From an uncultured delta proteobacterium (GTDB lineage: Bacteria > Myxococcota_A > Polyangia > Polyangiales > Houyiibacteriaceae), in contig CAVOVB010000001.1 of the NCBI GenBank assembly GCA_963699755.1, positions 1,088,001 to 1,152,000 of the forward strand: DNA of 64,000 nt, written 5' to 3'. Shown piece by piece: positions 20,601 to 29,442 of this stretch (position 1 is its first letter; every line of letters begins with the position of its first letter). The notes under the pieces are model-generated. The model made no database searches. It saw only the letters and a list, made by a program, of their open reading frames with translations, and had not been told where the DNA came from. The position numbers and the translations under genes were made by a program.

Positions 20601-20945
20601 ATCGACTACGTCTTCCGCGTGCTCGGTGTCGAGTACCTCAAGCAATACGACTTCGCGCAGGTGCCGCCGAAGGAGGAGCAGGAAGAGCTCCAGAATCCAA
20701 CCGACGTCGCCGCGGCGCATCGCCTCGAAGGCGCGCAGTCAAGCGAGCCGCCGCCGGCGATCGAGCCGGCCGAGCAGGTCACCTTTGGCTTCGATGACGG
20801 AGGCCACCAGGCGAACGCGCTCGACCAACAGCTCGGCGAGATGATGGGGGACGCACCGATGTGCGACAAGTGCGGGCACATCACGGTTCGCAATGGGGCC
20901 TGTTATCGCTGTCTGAACTGCGGCAACTCCATGGGCTGCTCCTGA
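17655..20945 (+). CDS. nrdJ: Class II (adenosylcobalamin-dependent) ribonucleotide reductase with TSCPD domain and C-terminal Cys ribbon
   Basis: FNSPVWFN, SACFI, RRAAKM, SNPCSE, SACNLASIN, APTGTIG, SGAISKTVN; C-terminal CDKCG..CYRCLNCGNSMGCS; GGAGG RBS before GTG. Confidence 0.96.
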   Translation: MALDTRGMSSNLEIEGARRAEVSQNAGGLSMERKLTEAGTDPLEAVEYVLRDSQITSSDGSVVFELKGAQVPEGWSQLATDIAVSKYFRKAGINGDKNLGERSVRQLVYRVAHSLREAGDKFGGYFADQEAADTFEAELSHLLIHQKAAFNSPVWFNCGLYQRYGIEGSGGNYAWDPEKDVIFETSTAYENPQCSACFIQAVNDDLMAIYELIKNEARLFKYGSGTGTNFSKIRGKQEKLSGGGTSSGLMSFLEVLDRAAGATKSGGTTRRAAKMVCLDMDHPEVVDFIEWKVREEKKARALIEAGYESDFNGEAYHTVSGQNSNNSLRVTDEFMNAVETDGEWKTTLRTSGEVCDTYRARDIWRKVAQAAWACADPGVQYDTTINDWHTCPNTDRINASNPCSEYMFLDNSACNLASINLSKFLDEEGRFDIEGYRQAIRILITAMDIVVDYASYPTQEIAKNSHNFRPLGLGYANLGTLLMQLGIPYDSDEGRTICAALTSILCGHAYATSSEIAASKGPFAGFQRNRQPMLRVMGKHREAAYRINEAGGPGMTDDEPTACPPGLIQAAQEDWDLACKLGELYGYRNAQATVLAPTGTIGLLMDCDTTGIEPDFALVKFKKLAGGGYFKIVNQSVPNALKRLGYTDAQLADIVAYVMGTNTFTGAPHCGRKGLLENGLTEREIEKAEAALRGVFDVGAALAPWVIGTEAYERLGIDAATYNKPGFHLLRFWGHSDKEIGEINDVVIGRMTVEGAPHLRAEHLPVFDCANRCGKIGERFIDPMAHVHMMAAAQPFLSGAISKTVNLPKEATIEDVEEIYEEGWKLGLKAIALYRDGSKSSQPLNTKDDSKGEEKEEAAPKAKAAAPVAEAPVQEWLTPPTTRRHRLPKKRSGFTQEARVGGHKVFLRTGEYVDGSLGEIFIDMHKEGAAFRSLMNCFAISVSMGLQHGVPLDAYVRQFTFTRFEPQGIVEGHPNIKFSTSIIDYVFRVLGVEYLKQYDFAQVPPKEEQEELQNPTDVAAAHRLEGAQSSEPPPAIEPAEQVTFGFDDGGHQANALDQQLGEMMGDAPMCDKCGHITVRNGACYRCLNCGNSMGCS

Positions 20946-21071
20946 CCGGGCGATCCGCTGCTAGTCAGGCGCTCGCACAAGGGCCGCGCAATGGGGATGA
21001 TCGGCCCATCCCTTCCCCTCAGCGGTATCTAGAATTGAGCTGAAACGCCTAGGCATGAACCCGCGTCGGGC

Positions 21072-21143
21072 TCAGCCTGGAAGTCCGATCACCAACAAGA
21101 AGCCGAGTGCCCAGACGCAGAGCACTGCAATCAACGAACGCAT
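21072..21143 (-). CDS. Putative 23-aa hydrophobic small protein MRSLIAVLCVWALGFLLVIGLPG
   Basis: GGAGG five nt before ATG; single TM-like helix; lies in otherwise unexplained nrdJ-dapF gap. Confidence 0.5.
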   Translation of the reverse strand: MRSLIAVLCVWALGFLLVIGLPG

Positions 21144-21370
21144 CGTAGCCTCCCATTTCAACTGGCCCACCATCGGGTCGCTATATCGGAATTCTGGGAT
21201 CGTTCGACTTGGCTTTCCATACGTAATTCTTATCCTTTTTTGCCGGAGCAAGAGCTGTGCGCGGATAGGTTCTCATGGGGCGGGTTCGGTGCCAGCCACA
21301 GCGGCGGTGTCAGCCCGCGAGAGCGACTCGCTGCTTTGCAGCCGTCTTCGTCGGGCTCTACACCTCTCTC

Positions 21371-22198
21371 ATGCGCCTCTCCTTCTACAAGTACGAAGGT
21401 CTCGGAAACGATTTCCTGATCATCGAGAAGGAAGAGCTTGGCGGCACCCCACTCACGACCGATCAGGCCGTTGCGCTCTGCGATCGGCATCGCGGGGTCG
21501 GAGCCGACGGTGTGCTGCTACTCGATCTTGCCACGCCTTCGATGCACGTCATCAACTCCGATGGCTCGGTTCCCGAGATCTGCGGCAACGGACTTCGTTG
21601 CGCCGCCTTGCATCTTGCGCGTCGTGCCGGCGCGACAGCGCTCGAGGTGACGCTCGATACCCTGGCAGGGCCGCATCCCTGCGTCGTCGTGAATCGGCCA
21701 CAGGCTGAATCGGTCGCCGTGCAGATGGCGCCGCCGTCTCTTCGGCCGGCCGACCTCCCGCTGAGCTCGGCGACGCCCTGGCTCGATCACCCGCTCACGG
21801 TCGATGGGCGCACGGTTCACCTGAGCGGCGTCTCGATGGGCAACCCGCACGCAGTGACCTTCGACGAGCTTGGCGACGCGCGCTTCGAGCTTGGCCCAGC
21901 GATTCAACGTGACCCGCATTTCCCGCGAGGCGTCAATGTCGGCTTCGTTTCGGAGCGTGAAGGGAGCAGCATGCGTTTGGACGTTCTCGAGCGAGGCGCA
22001 GGCTGGACCCAGGCCTGCGGAACCGGCGCCTGTGCGGCCGCCGTTGCGGCGGTCGAGACGGGGCGGGCCGAGCGAGGCGAGCAACTCAGCATCCGCCTTC
22101 CGGGCGGAACGCTGGCGATTACCGTGCGCGCACCAGGCGACACAGTCCTCATGGAAGGCCCTGCACGCTTCGTTTTTCTCGGCGAAGTCGAGCTCTAG
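21371..22198 (+). CDS. dapF: Diaminopimelate epimerase
   Basis: KYEGLGNDF, GVGADG, EICGNG, SMGNPH, ERGAG.TQACGTGA; start moved to ATG 21371. Confidence 0.95.
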   Translation: MRLSFYKYEGLGNDFLIIEKEELGGTPLTTDQAVALCDRHRGVGADGVLLLDLATPSMHVINSDGSVPEICGNGLRCAALHLARRAGATALEVTLDTLAGPHPCVVVNRPQAESVAVQMAPPSLRPADLPLSSATPWLDHPLTVDGRTVHLSGVSMGNPHAVTFDELGDARFELGPAIQRDPHFPRGVNVGFVSEREGSSMRLDVLERGAGWTQACGTGACAAAVAAVETGRAERGEQLSIRLPGGTLAITVRAPGDTVLMEGPARFVFLGEVEL

Positions 22199-22240
22199 CT
22201 GGCGGATTGCAAGAACGCCGCATTCAGTCAACTTTGCCGG

Positions 22241-24292
22241 ATGGCCCGTACCTTCCTTGGAGCGCTCACTGTGCTCACCGTCTCCTTGTCGGCAATCGGC
22301 TGCGGCAACGACGATCGCGCCTCGATACCGGTCGACGAATTTGGCCGCTGCGCGGATTTCGAACCGCTCCGCCAGGTCTATTGGGGCGACACACACATCC
22401 ACACCAATCTCTCGTTCGACGCCAACATGCAGGGCACGCGGACCTCACCAGAGGACGCCTACGATTTTGCCCGAGGCGAGGCGATTTCGCTCCAGCCTTA
22501 CAACGAAGACGGCACTCCGACTCGGATGGCGCAGATCGATCGCCCTTTGGATTTCGCCATGTTGAGCGACCATGCGGAGTTTCTTGGGACGCTGAAGGTC
22601 TGCCTCGATCCGACCTCAGCAAGCTACGATACGCCGCAATGCGAGAGCTACCGCGCTTCACTCGAATTCAACGCCGACCCCGGTGCTGCGGAGGGAGTCT
22701 TCATCACGGTCAACGTCCTGCTCTCCTTGCCACCTCAAGAGACACGCTATCCGGCGCTCTGTGGACCAGGCGACGCAGCCTGCCTCGAGGCGGGCCTGGA
22801 CGTCTGGGCTGGGGTCGTCGATGCTGCACAATCCGCGTACGATCGCAGCGATCGCTGCCAGTTCACCACCTTTGCCGGCTACGAATGGAGCGCCGGCCCC
22901 GGCTCGGCGAATCTCCACCGCAATATCATGTTCAAGAACGAGAACGTGACGGCGGTGCCGTACAATTACTTCGACGAGCCCTATGTGGAGGGCCTCTGGG
23001 ACCGCTTGCGGGAGGAATGCATCGACGCCGACACGGGCTGCGACGTGCTGACGATTCCTCACAACAGCAACCTCTCCGAGGGCCGCTATTTCGAGAACGA
23101 GATGGCCAACGGAGACGTGTTCACCGCCGAGTACGTCGAAGCGCGAAACCAGATGGAGCCGATCATCGAGATCTACCAGCACAAGGGCGCTTCGGAATGC
23201 CTGCCCGGCTCTGCGACCGAGGATGAGCTCTGTGGCTTCGAGATCATTCCGTTTTCCAACCTGGCATGGACCAACCTGGAGCGGATTACACCGCCAGACC
23301 CAAAAGGCTTTCTGCGCGTGGCCTATGGAGAGGGCATGAAGCACGAAGCAAGCCTCGGGACCAACCCATTTCAGTATGGCATCACCGCTGCGACCGACAC
23401 GCACGTCAGTGCCTCGGGCTTCGTGTCGGAGGACGACTTCAAGGGTCATGGCGGCGCAGGTCAACCGAACCGCTTCCTTCCCCCGCCCCAAGGCTTCCCC
23501 GATATCGAGTACCTGAGCCCCGGTGGCCTGACCGCGGTTTGGGCCGAAGAGAACGCGCGTGACGCGATTTTCTCGGCGATCCGTCGCAAGGAGACCTTCG
23601 GCACCAGCGGGCCTCGGATCCTCGTGCGGATGTTCGGCGGCTGGGACTACCCCGAAGATCTCTGCAGCGCCGAGGACCTGGCCGCGCAAGGCTACGAAGG
23701 AGGGGTTCCCATGGGCGGAACGCTTGGCCCGCAACCCGGCCCCACTTCACCGGTGTTCGTCGTGTCGGCCAAGCAGGACGCGGCGGGCGCTCCTCTGCAG
23801 CGCATTCAGATCGTGAAAGGCTGGCTCGACGGCGACGACTACCAAGTGAAGGTCTACGATGTCGCTGGCGACAAGAACAACGGGGCGACCGTCGACCTCA
23901 GAACCTGCGACACGCAAGGCGCAGATTCGGCAGACCTCTGCGCCGTCTGGCAGGACCCGAGCTTCGATTCCACGCAGCGCGCCTATTACTACGCTCGCGT
24001 CCTCGAGAACCCGACCTGTCGCTGGACCACCTTGCAGTGTTCCCAGGCCGACTACAACTGCAACGAATGGGACTTCGAGGCCTGCAAGGCGCTGAAGATG
24101 AACCAAGAGAGCAGCTACACCTGTGATTGCTGCGATCCGGCCATCGGCCTGCGACCGGACATCTGCGACGGCGTGAGCTGCGATGATCCTGGCGCACTGC
24201 CTGAGATCGAAGAGCGCTGCTGCCACCAGGTGGAGCCGGCCATCCAGGAGCGCGCCTGGACTTCACCGATCTGGTATCAACCCCCGCGCTGA
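22241..24292 (+). CDS. DUF3604 family lipoprotein (PHP-like metallo-hydrolase fold)
   Basis: Lipobox AIGC; WGDTHIHT, DHAEFLG, GYEWS, NLHRN, IPHNSN, EIYQHKG.SEC, TDTH, TSGPRI, YYARVLENPTCRW, QERAWTSPIWY. Confidence 0.88.
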   Translation: MARTFLGALTVLTVSLSAIGCGNDDRASIPVDEFGRCADFEPLRQVYWGDTHIHTNLSFDANMQGTRTSPEDAYDFARGEAISLQPYNEDGTPTRMAQIDRPLDFAMLSDHAEFLGTLKVCLDPTSASYDTPQCESYRASLEFNADPGAAEGVFITVNVLLSLPPQETRYPALCGPGDAACLEAGLDVWAGVVDAAQSAYDRSDRCQFTTFAGYEWSAGPGSANLHRNIMFKNENVTAVPYNYFDEPYVEGLWDRLREECIDADTGCDVLTIPHNSNLSEGRYFENEMANGDVFTAEYVEARNQMEPIIEIYQHKGASECLPGSATEDELCGFEIIPFSNLAWTNLERITPPDPKGFLRVAYGEGMKHEASLGTNPFQYGITAATDTHVSASGFVSEDDFKGHGGAGQPNRFLPPPQGFPDIEYLSPGGLTAVWAEENARDAIFSAIRRKETFGTSGPRILVRMFGGWDYPEDLCSAEDLAAQGYEGGVPMGGTLGPQPGPTSPVFVVSAKQDAAGAPLQRIQIVKGWLDGDDYQVKVYDVAGDKNNGATVDLRTCDTQGADSADLCAVWQDPSFDSTQRAYYYARVLENPTCRWTTLQCSQADYNCNEWDFEACKALKMNQESSYTCDCCDPAIGLRPDICDGVSCDDPGALPEIEERCCHQVEPAIQERAWTSPIWYQPPR

Positions 24293-25170
24293 TGCTGCGG
24301 CCGCTCCTCCACTTCTTCGTGATTGGCGGCCTGCTGTTCGGCGCCAAAGCCATCTACGCGCGGAATCGAGCCGAGGGGCCGGAGATCGAGGTCCGGGTGG
24401 CGGCCGACGCCAGTGAAGCAGAGGTCGACAATGCGGTCCGCGAGGCAATTCTGCTCAACGAGGCCCGGCGCTATCGCTGGGATCGAACCGACCCGGTCGT
24501 GTACACACATCTGGTTCGCAACATGCGTTTCATCGAACCAGACTCCCCGGACGACGACCCGACCCTGTTCCAGCGCGCCGTCGAGATGAACATGCAGGCC
24601 CACGATCCGATCGTTCGGGCGAGGTTGCTCTATCGCGCCGGCGCGGCGCTCGAGTTTGTGCCCGAGGATCGCATGCCGGGCCGCGAAGAGCTCGAAGAGC
24701 ACCGCCGCGCGCACGGCGACCGTTTCGAACGTGAGGGGCGCCTGCGTTTTCAGCACGTGTTCTTGAGCCGCTCGAAGCGCGGCGAAAGCCTTCTGTCCGA
24801 CGCACGGGAGATGCGGCAACGACTCTCAGAGCTCGGCGATGCGGCGCCGACGGGGCTTGGCGACCCCTTGCCGGGCCTTCGTTCCGAGCAATTCGCGACA
24901 CCATCGGAGCTGAAAGACGAGTACGGCTTGGAGCTGGCAAAGATCGTGGAGGAGGCCATCCTGGGCGCCTGGCGCGGCCCGGCCACCTCGGTGTACGGCC
25001 TTCACTTCATCAAGGTCATCGACGTCGACCCGCCCTACGTGCCCGCGCTCGACGTCATCGCGGCCGAAGTCCGTGCCGATCGGCTCCGCGAAATCCGCAA
25101 GGAGCTTCGCGAGGAGCGCATGGCCGCGCTTCGCCAAGCCTATCGAGTCCAGATCGAGAGGTCGCCCTGA
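24292..25170 (+). CDS. PpiC/parvulin-like peptidyl-prolyl isomerase (Rotamase_2 type)
   Basis: PLLHFFVIG N-terminus, DPIVRARL, FQHVFLS, GDP, W.GP..S.YGLH; TGATG coupling. Confidence 0.8.
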   Translation: MLRPLLHFFVIGGLLFGAKAIYARNRAEGPEIEVRVAADASEAEVDNAVREAILLNEARRYRWDRTDPVVYTHLVRNMRFIEPDSPDDDPTLFQRAVEMNMQAHDPIVRARLLYRAGAALEFVPEDRMPGREELEEHRRAHGDRFEREGRLRFQHVFLSRSKRGESLLSDAREMRQRLSELGDAAPTGLGDPLPGLRSEQFATPSELKDEYGLELAKIVEEAILGAWRGPATSVYGLHFIKVIDVDPPYVPALDVIAAEVRADRLREIRKELREERMAALRQAYRVQIERSP

Positions 25171-26174
25171 TACGGATCTCCCTGCTGCTGATCCTCGCTG
25201 CCCTCGGGCTAGGCTCTCCGAAGCGTGCCAGCGCCCATCCGCTCGCGCCTTCGGTGCTCTCATTAGAGCAGCACGCCGACGGAACGGTCACCATGGGCTG
25301 GCGAGCACCGCGCAAGCGTCCGACGGGGCAATCGCTCAGGCCCCTGATCCCCCAATCCTGCGCGCAGCTCGGCCAGACGACGCGTCAGAAGACCGAAGAT
25401 GAAACCGCCATCATCGAGACGACCGAGCTTCGCTGTGAGCCCCCAGACATGCTCGGCACCGTGGTTCGGGTGGATGGCCTCGAGGGCTCGAGCGTCAACG
25501 TCGTCGTCCGCATCGTTCGTGCCGACGGCGAGGTGCACCACGCGATCCTCGACACCGGCACGCCGGCGTTCACCGTCGTCGCCCAAGAAGACGAGTCGCA
25601 TTCCTTTTTCGAGTACCTGATGCTCGGCGTCGGACACCTGCTCACCGGCTGGGACCACCTGACCTTCGTCCTCGGGCTGCTGATCCTTTTCGGCTGGCAC
25701 CGTCGCCTCATCGCGGCCGTCACCGCGTTCACTCTGGGTCACAGCATCACCCTCGCGCTTTCGGTCTTGAGAATCGTGTCGCTCCCCACGGTTCTCGTCG
25801 AAGCCCTCATCGCTCTGACGATCGTCGTGCTCGCGCTGGAGATCCAATCGGGCAAGCACGGTCCGGTCTGGAAGCATCCCTGGGCGCTGCCCGGCGCCCT
25901 CGGCCTTCTTCACGGCCTTGGCTTTGCATCGGTTCTCTTCGATGCGGGCCTCCCTAGCGATGAGATCCCGCTTGCGCTCCTTGGTTTCAATCTCGGTCTC
26001 GAAGTCGCACAACTTGGAGTGATTGCGGTTGCCTGGCTCTGCTTCGCGGCCATCCGTTCGGCGCTCCCATCGACCTGGCGGAGCAATCGAGCCGTGCCTG
26101 CCTACGTCATCGGGTCGCTGGCAGCGTTCTGGGTCATCGAACGGACGCTCGCGGCCTTCGGCATCGTGGTTTAG
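25167..26174 (+). CDS. HupE/UreJ-family (type 2) membrane protein
   Basis: LGVGHLLTGWDHL, TAFTLGHSITL, EALIAL, GLLHGLGFA, FNLGLE; frame extends to CTG 25167 with signal peptide ending ASA-H (ORF track start 25254). Confidence 0.85.
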   Translation: MIRISLLLILAALGLGSPKRASAHPLAPSVLSLEQHADGTVTMGWRAPRKRPTGQSLRPLIPQSCAQLGQTTRQKTEDETAIIETTELRCEPPDMLGTVVRVDGLEGSSVNVVVRIVRADGEVHHAILDTGTPAFTVVAQEDESHSFFEYLMLGVGHLLTGWDHLTFVLGLLILFGWHRRLIAAVTAFTLGHSITLALSVLRIVSLPTVLVEALIALTIVVLALEIQSGKHGPVWKHPWALPGALGLLHGLGFASVLFDAGLPSDEIPLALLGFNLGLEVAQLGVIAVAWLCFAAIRSALPSTWRSNRAVPAYVIGSLAAFWVIERTLAAFGIVV

Positions 26175-27580
26175 AGGCGGCCTGTCTTGATAGCGGACAG
26201 GTAGCCGCGCAGCTCGGCGGCGGCCTTTGTCTTGTCGAAGGGCACGAGCGGCGAGGGAGCGCCCTCGGCCAAGGCGGCATCCAGGTGCTCGAGGAAGAGG
26301 GTGCATTCGTCCGTAGCCAGCCCAAGCGTGGCGTCGTCGATCGCATCGCGATCCCTCAGCGCGCTGACGGCTCGAGTCAGCGGCCCACGGCGCTCGTATT
26401 CGGTGCCGCGACTCAGACGCAGCCCAAGCACTCGGAAGTGGCGCAGGAACTCTCCTGTGAAAGCGAGGTCAGCCTCGTCGCCCGATCGGTCCGGCGTCAG
26501 CAAAGCGGCCGACGCTTTCGCGATGAACGCTTGCAAGATGAAGCGAAACGCCCAGATGTCTTGATGGAGGTTCCGTTGCACGCGCTCGCTCTTGCGTTCG
26601 GGGCGTTCTGACCAAGCCGGCCGGCTGATTCCGTGGAGCTGCTTGGCGGCTTCTTTGACGGTGGCGCGAAGCCCGAGCAAGCCATCGTGCATGCGCTCGG
26701 CCGCAAGCGCGTCGAGCCCTTCTGCGCCGAGCTCGGGCAGAGGATCATTGAGCACCGATCGGGCTTTCGCGTGAATGCTGATCGCGATCGCTTCGACCGA
26801 GAGCAGTCTCTTACCGAGCTCGTCGGCGAAGGTTTCGACTTCCTGGACCAAGAGAAAGCGACTGAGCGCCGCAAGCTCTCGACGGACCGCCGCGACCACG
26901 ACGTGTGCGCAATAGATGCCTTCGTGTGCCCTTAGCTGACGGTCAGCGATGCCGAGGAAGCGATGATCGCGAAGCAAGGTGAGGAAGCAAATCATCGAGG
27001 CGCTCTTGGCCCCGTCGCCTTCCCAGGACTCGAGCTCCGGAGGTAGAGCAGCGGTACCTACGAGCTCTGCGGCACTGGAGAGCTCCAGCGGCTCTGGTGG
27101 CTGGAAGAACCGGTTGCACCGGAGCTCACGCACAAAGAGGTCGCAGCTTGCCTGAAATGCCTCCGCGTCGACGTGCGCTAGCTCCGCGAGCTGCTCGTTG
27201 ACCCGAAGCGCATCGCGCAACGAGCGTTCGAGCGCGCGCAACGAGCACTCGGGCTCGCCAACTGTCAAACCGATGAGGGCCGATTGCGTCACTCCGTCAC
27301 CTCGCAATCGGCGGGCGAGCTGCATCGCCCAGCCGTAGGCGACACGGACCGCAAGGAGCTGCGGATGGAAGTCGGTCACCGGATCCGAGAGCGCCTGGTT
27401 CTCCAAGTCACGGAAGGCAACCAGCCCTGAAAGCACGGCTTGAAGTGGCAGCAAGGCATCTTCGCGTTGCTCGTCGGTCAGCGCCGCACGCCAGCGCTCG
27501 AAGAGCTCCGCATCGGCTGGCGACCAGCGCTCGGCCGACGAAAAAAGGCCCTCATTGGCCGGTCTTGGGGAGGAATTCAC
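26171..27580 (-). CDS. Hypothetical alpha-helical protein
   Basis: 469-aa ORF filling the gap downstream of ruvB; no motif recognised. Confidence 0.65.
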   Translation of the reverse strand: MNSSPRPANEGLFSSAERWSPADAELFERWRAALTDEQREDALLPLQAVLSGLVAFRDLENQALSDPVTDFHPQLLAVRVAYGWAMQLARRLRGDGVTQSALIGLTVGEPECSLRALERSLRDALRVNEQLAELAHVDAEAFQASCDLFVRELRCNRFFQPPEPLELSSAAELVGTAALPPELESWEGDGAKSASMICFLTLLRDHRFLGIADRQLRAHEGIYCAHVVVAAVRRELAALSRFLLVQEVETFADELGKRLLSVEAIAISIHAKARSVLNDPLPELGAEGLDALAAERMHDGLLGLRATVKEAAKQLHGISRPAWSERPERKSERVQRNLHQDIWAFRFILQAFIAKASAALLTPDRSGDEADLAFTGEFLRHFRVLGLRLSRGTEYERRGPLTRAVSALRDRDAIDDATLGLATDECTLFLEHLDAALAEGAPSPLVPFDKTKAAAELRGYLSAIKTGRL

Positions 27581-27637
27581 GGGGGATAGGGTTCTAACAG
27601 CGCCTCTCGAAAAGGCGCGGAGTCTTCGAGGACAGGT

Positions 27638-28675
27638 TCAGAACAGGTCGGTCTGTGCTTTGGCCGGCTGCTCTTTGCCGAGATGCTCGAAGGCGTGTCG
27701 GGTCGCCACACGTCCCCTCGCCGTGCGCGCCAAGAGGCCCTTCTGAAGCAGGTACGGCTCGTACACGTCTTCGAGCGTATCGCGCGGCTCACTCAGCGCG
27801 GCCGCTAAGGTTTCGATGCCGACGGGGCCGCCATCGTAGTGATCGATGATCACGCTCAGGTAACGCCTGTCCATCTGGTCGAGTCCCGCAGCGTCGACAT
27901 CGAGCCGTTCGAGCGCTTCACGGGCCGATTTTGCGTCGACCTTGCCATCGGACAAGACTTCCGCGAAGTCGCGTGAACGTCGTAGCAGCCGATTGGCGAT
28001 GCGAGGCGTGCCCCGGGAACGCCGAGCAAGCTCCTGCGCTGCCTCTGCGCTGATCGAAAGGGCGAGCAACCGTGCGCTGCGTTCGATGATCGACCGCAGG
28101 GCGTCTTCTGGGTAGTAGTCGAGACGCGCCACGTAGCCGAAGCGCGATCGCATGGGGTTGGTGAGCAGGCCGGTACGTGTCGTTGCGCCTACCAGAGTGA
28201 ACGGGCTGAGCGGAAGTTGCAGCGTTTGGGCGTAAGGGCCATCGCCATTGACGATGTCCATGCGGAAGTCTTCCACGGCCGTGTAGAGGTTCTCTTCGAC
28301 GGTCGCGTTCAGGCGGTGGATCTCGTCGATGAAGAGCACGTCGTTTGGCTCGAGCTTGGTGAGAAGCGCTGCGAGCTGGCCCTTGTGCTCGATCGCCGGA
28401 CCCGAGGCTGAATGCAGCGTGACCCCGCGTTCACCGGCCAAAATGAGAGCCAAAGTGGTCTTGCCAAGTCCGGGCGGGCCGCAGAAAAGGGTGTGGTCGA
28501 CCGGCTCGCCCCGTCGGCGTGCAGCCTCGACGAAGACCCGGAGATTGTCTTTGATTCGCTCCTGGCCGACGAAGTCGTCGAACTGCGACGGGCGAAGGCT
28601 TCGGTCGAACACGCGGTCATCGATTTGCTCGCCGATGCTAAGGTTCTCGTTTGCTCTGGCTTCCATCTCGGTCAT
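27638..28675 (-). CDS. ruvB: Holliday junction branch migration helicase RuvB
   Basis: [47 protein letters not shown]. Confidence 0.97.
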   Translation of the reverse strand: MTEMEARANENLSIGEQIDDRVFDRSLRPSQFDDFVGQERIKDNLRVFVEAARRRGEPVDHTLFCGPPGLGKTTLALILAGERGVTLHSASGPAIEHKGQLAALLTKLEPNDVLFIDEIHRLNATVEENLYTAVEDFRMDIVNGDGPYAQTLQLPLSPFTLVGATTRTGLLTNPMRSRFGYVARLDYYPEDALRSIIERSARLLALSISAEAAQELARRSRGTPRIANRLLRRSRDFAEVLSDGKVDAKSAREALERLDVDAAGLDQMDRRYLSVIIDHYDGGPVGIETLAAALSEPRDTLEDVYEPYLLQKGLLARTARGRVATRHAFEHLGKEQPAKAQTDLF

Positions 28676-29280
28676 GACAAGGCTGACAGCGCAGCACGCA
28701 AGAGCCCTTCGACGTTCTCGTCGCTTGAAACGCCCATGGCGCTTCCGACCGCTGCCTCTGCCTCGCTCCTTTTGTATCCCATCTGCATCAAGGCACCAAC
28801 GACTGTGTCACTGGTTGAGCCCACCGGGCTAGGAACCGCCCGAAGCCGGACCCCGGTCTTGCCGTTCGCGGCGAAGTCGAGCTTGTCCTGCAAGTCGAGG
28901 AGAATTCGCTCGACGGTCCTCTTGCCGACGCCGCTGATCCCCTTGAAGGCCGCCTTGTCTTGCCGTGCGATGGCGTCGCGGAGCTCGCTGGCGTTCATGA
29001 CGCCGATGATGGCAAGGGCAAGCTTCGGTCCGATGCTGCTCACCTTGAGAAGGGCGCGAAATGCGGCGCGGTCTTCGCTGCTCGCAAAGCCAAAGAGCGT
29101 CATGGCGTCTTCGCGGATGTGCGTGTGAATCTGAAGCGAGACCTTCTGCCCAAGCTCCGAGCCGAGCCGCCCCGCTGTACCCAGCGGCAGGAACACTTCA
29201 TATCCGACACCATTTACATCGACGATGACCGACCCATCGGCCTCCCGATGTTCAATCGTTCCATTGAGTCTGCCGATCAC
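28672..29280 (-). CDS. ruvA: Holliday junction branch migration protein RuvA
   Basis: MIGRL.G, VNGVGYE, IRED..LFGF, IGPKLAL, SGVGKRT. Confidence 0.96.
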   Translation of the reverse strand: MIGRLNGTIEHREADGSVIVDVNGVGYEVFLPLGTAGRLGSELGQKVSLQIHTHIREDAMTLFGFASSEDRAAFRALLKVSSIGPKLALAIIGVMNASELRDAIARQDKAAFKGISGVGKRTVERILLDLQDKLDFAANGKTGVRLRAVPSPVGSTSDTVVGALMQMGYKRSEAEAAVGSAMGVSSDENVEGLLRAALSALS

Positions 29281-29300
29281 CGACGAGAGGTTAGCAGGTT

Positions 29301-29317
29301 ACTGAACAGATGTGCGT
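29301..29317 (-). promoter_or_regulatory. Myxococcus-type LexA (SOS) box upstream of ruvA
   Basis: Minus strand ACGCACATCTGTTCAGT matches 14/17 of CTRHAMRYBYGTTCAGS; overlaps the -35 position of a TAACCT -10 (29288-29293). Confidence 0.65.
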
Positions 29318-29344
29318 ATTTCTGCGCATTGTGGGGGTCCTGAA

Positions 29345-29410
29345 GCCGAGGCGGAGACCGGGATCGGGGCAGGGGCAGCGTCAGTGGCAGCGTCCGTGTT
29401 AGCGCTAGAG
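29345..29410. repeat. Degenerate hexamer tandem repeat (nnnGnG x11) between ruvC and ruvA
   Basis: GCCGAG GCGGAG ACCGGG ATCGGG GCAGGG GCAGCG TCAGTG GCAGCG TCCGTG TTAGCG CTAGAG. Confidence 0.5.
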
Positions 29411-29442
29411 CCAGGCCTGCCGGTGAGGGGCCGCCGTCCGCC

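Noticed and set aside
17655..20945. Intein or intron in nrdJ
   Set aside because: Catalytic motifs are contiguous; no intein splice or homing-endonuclease motifs seen.
21055..21708. 217-aa ORF spanning the nrdJ-dapF gap
   Set aside because: Overlaps dapF out of frame, no RBS, non-protein-like composition.
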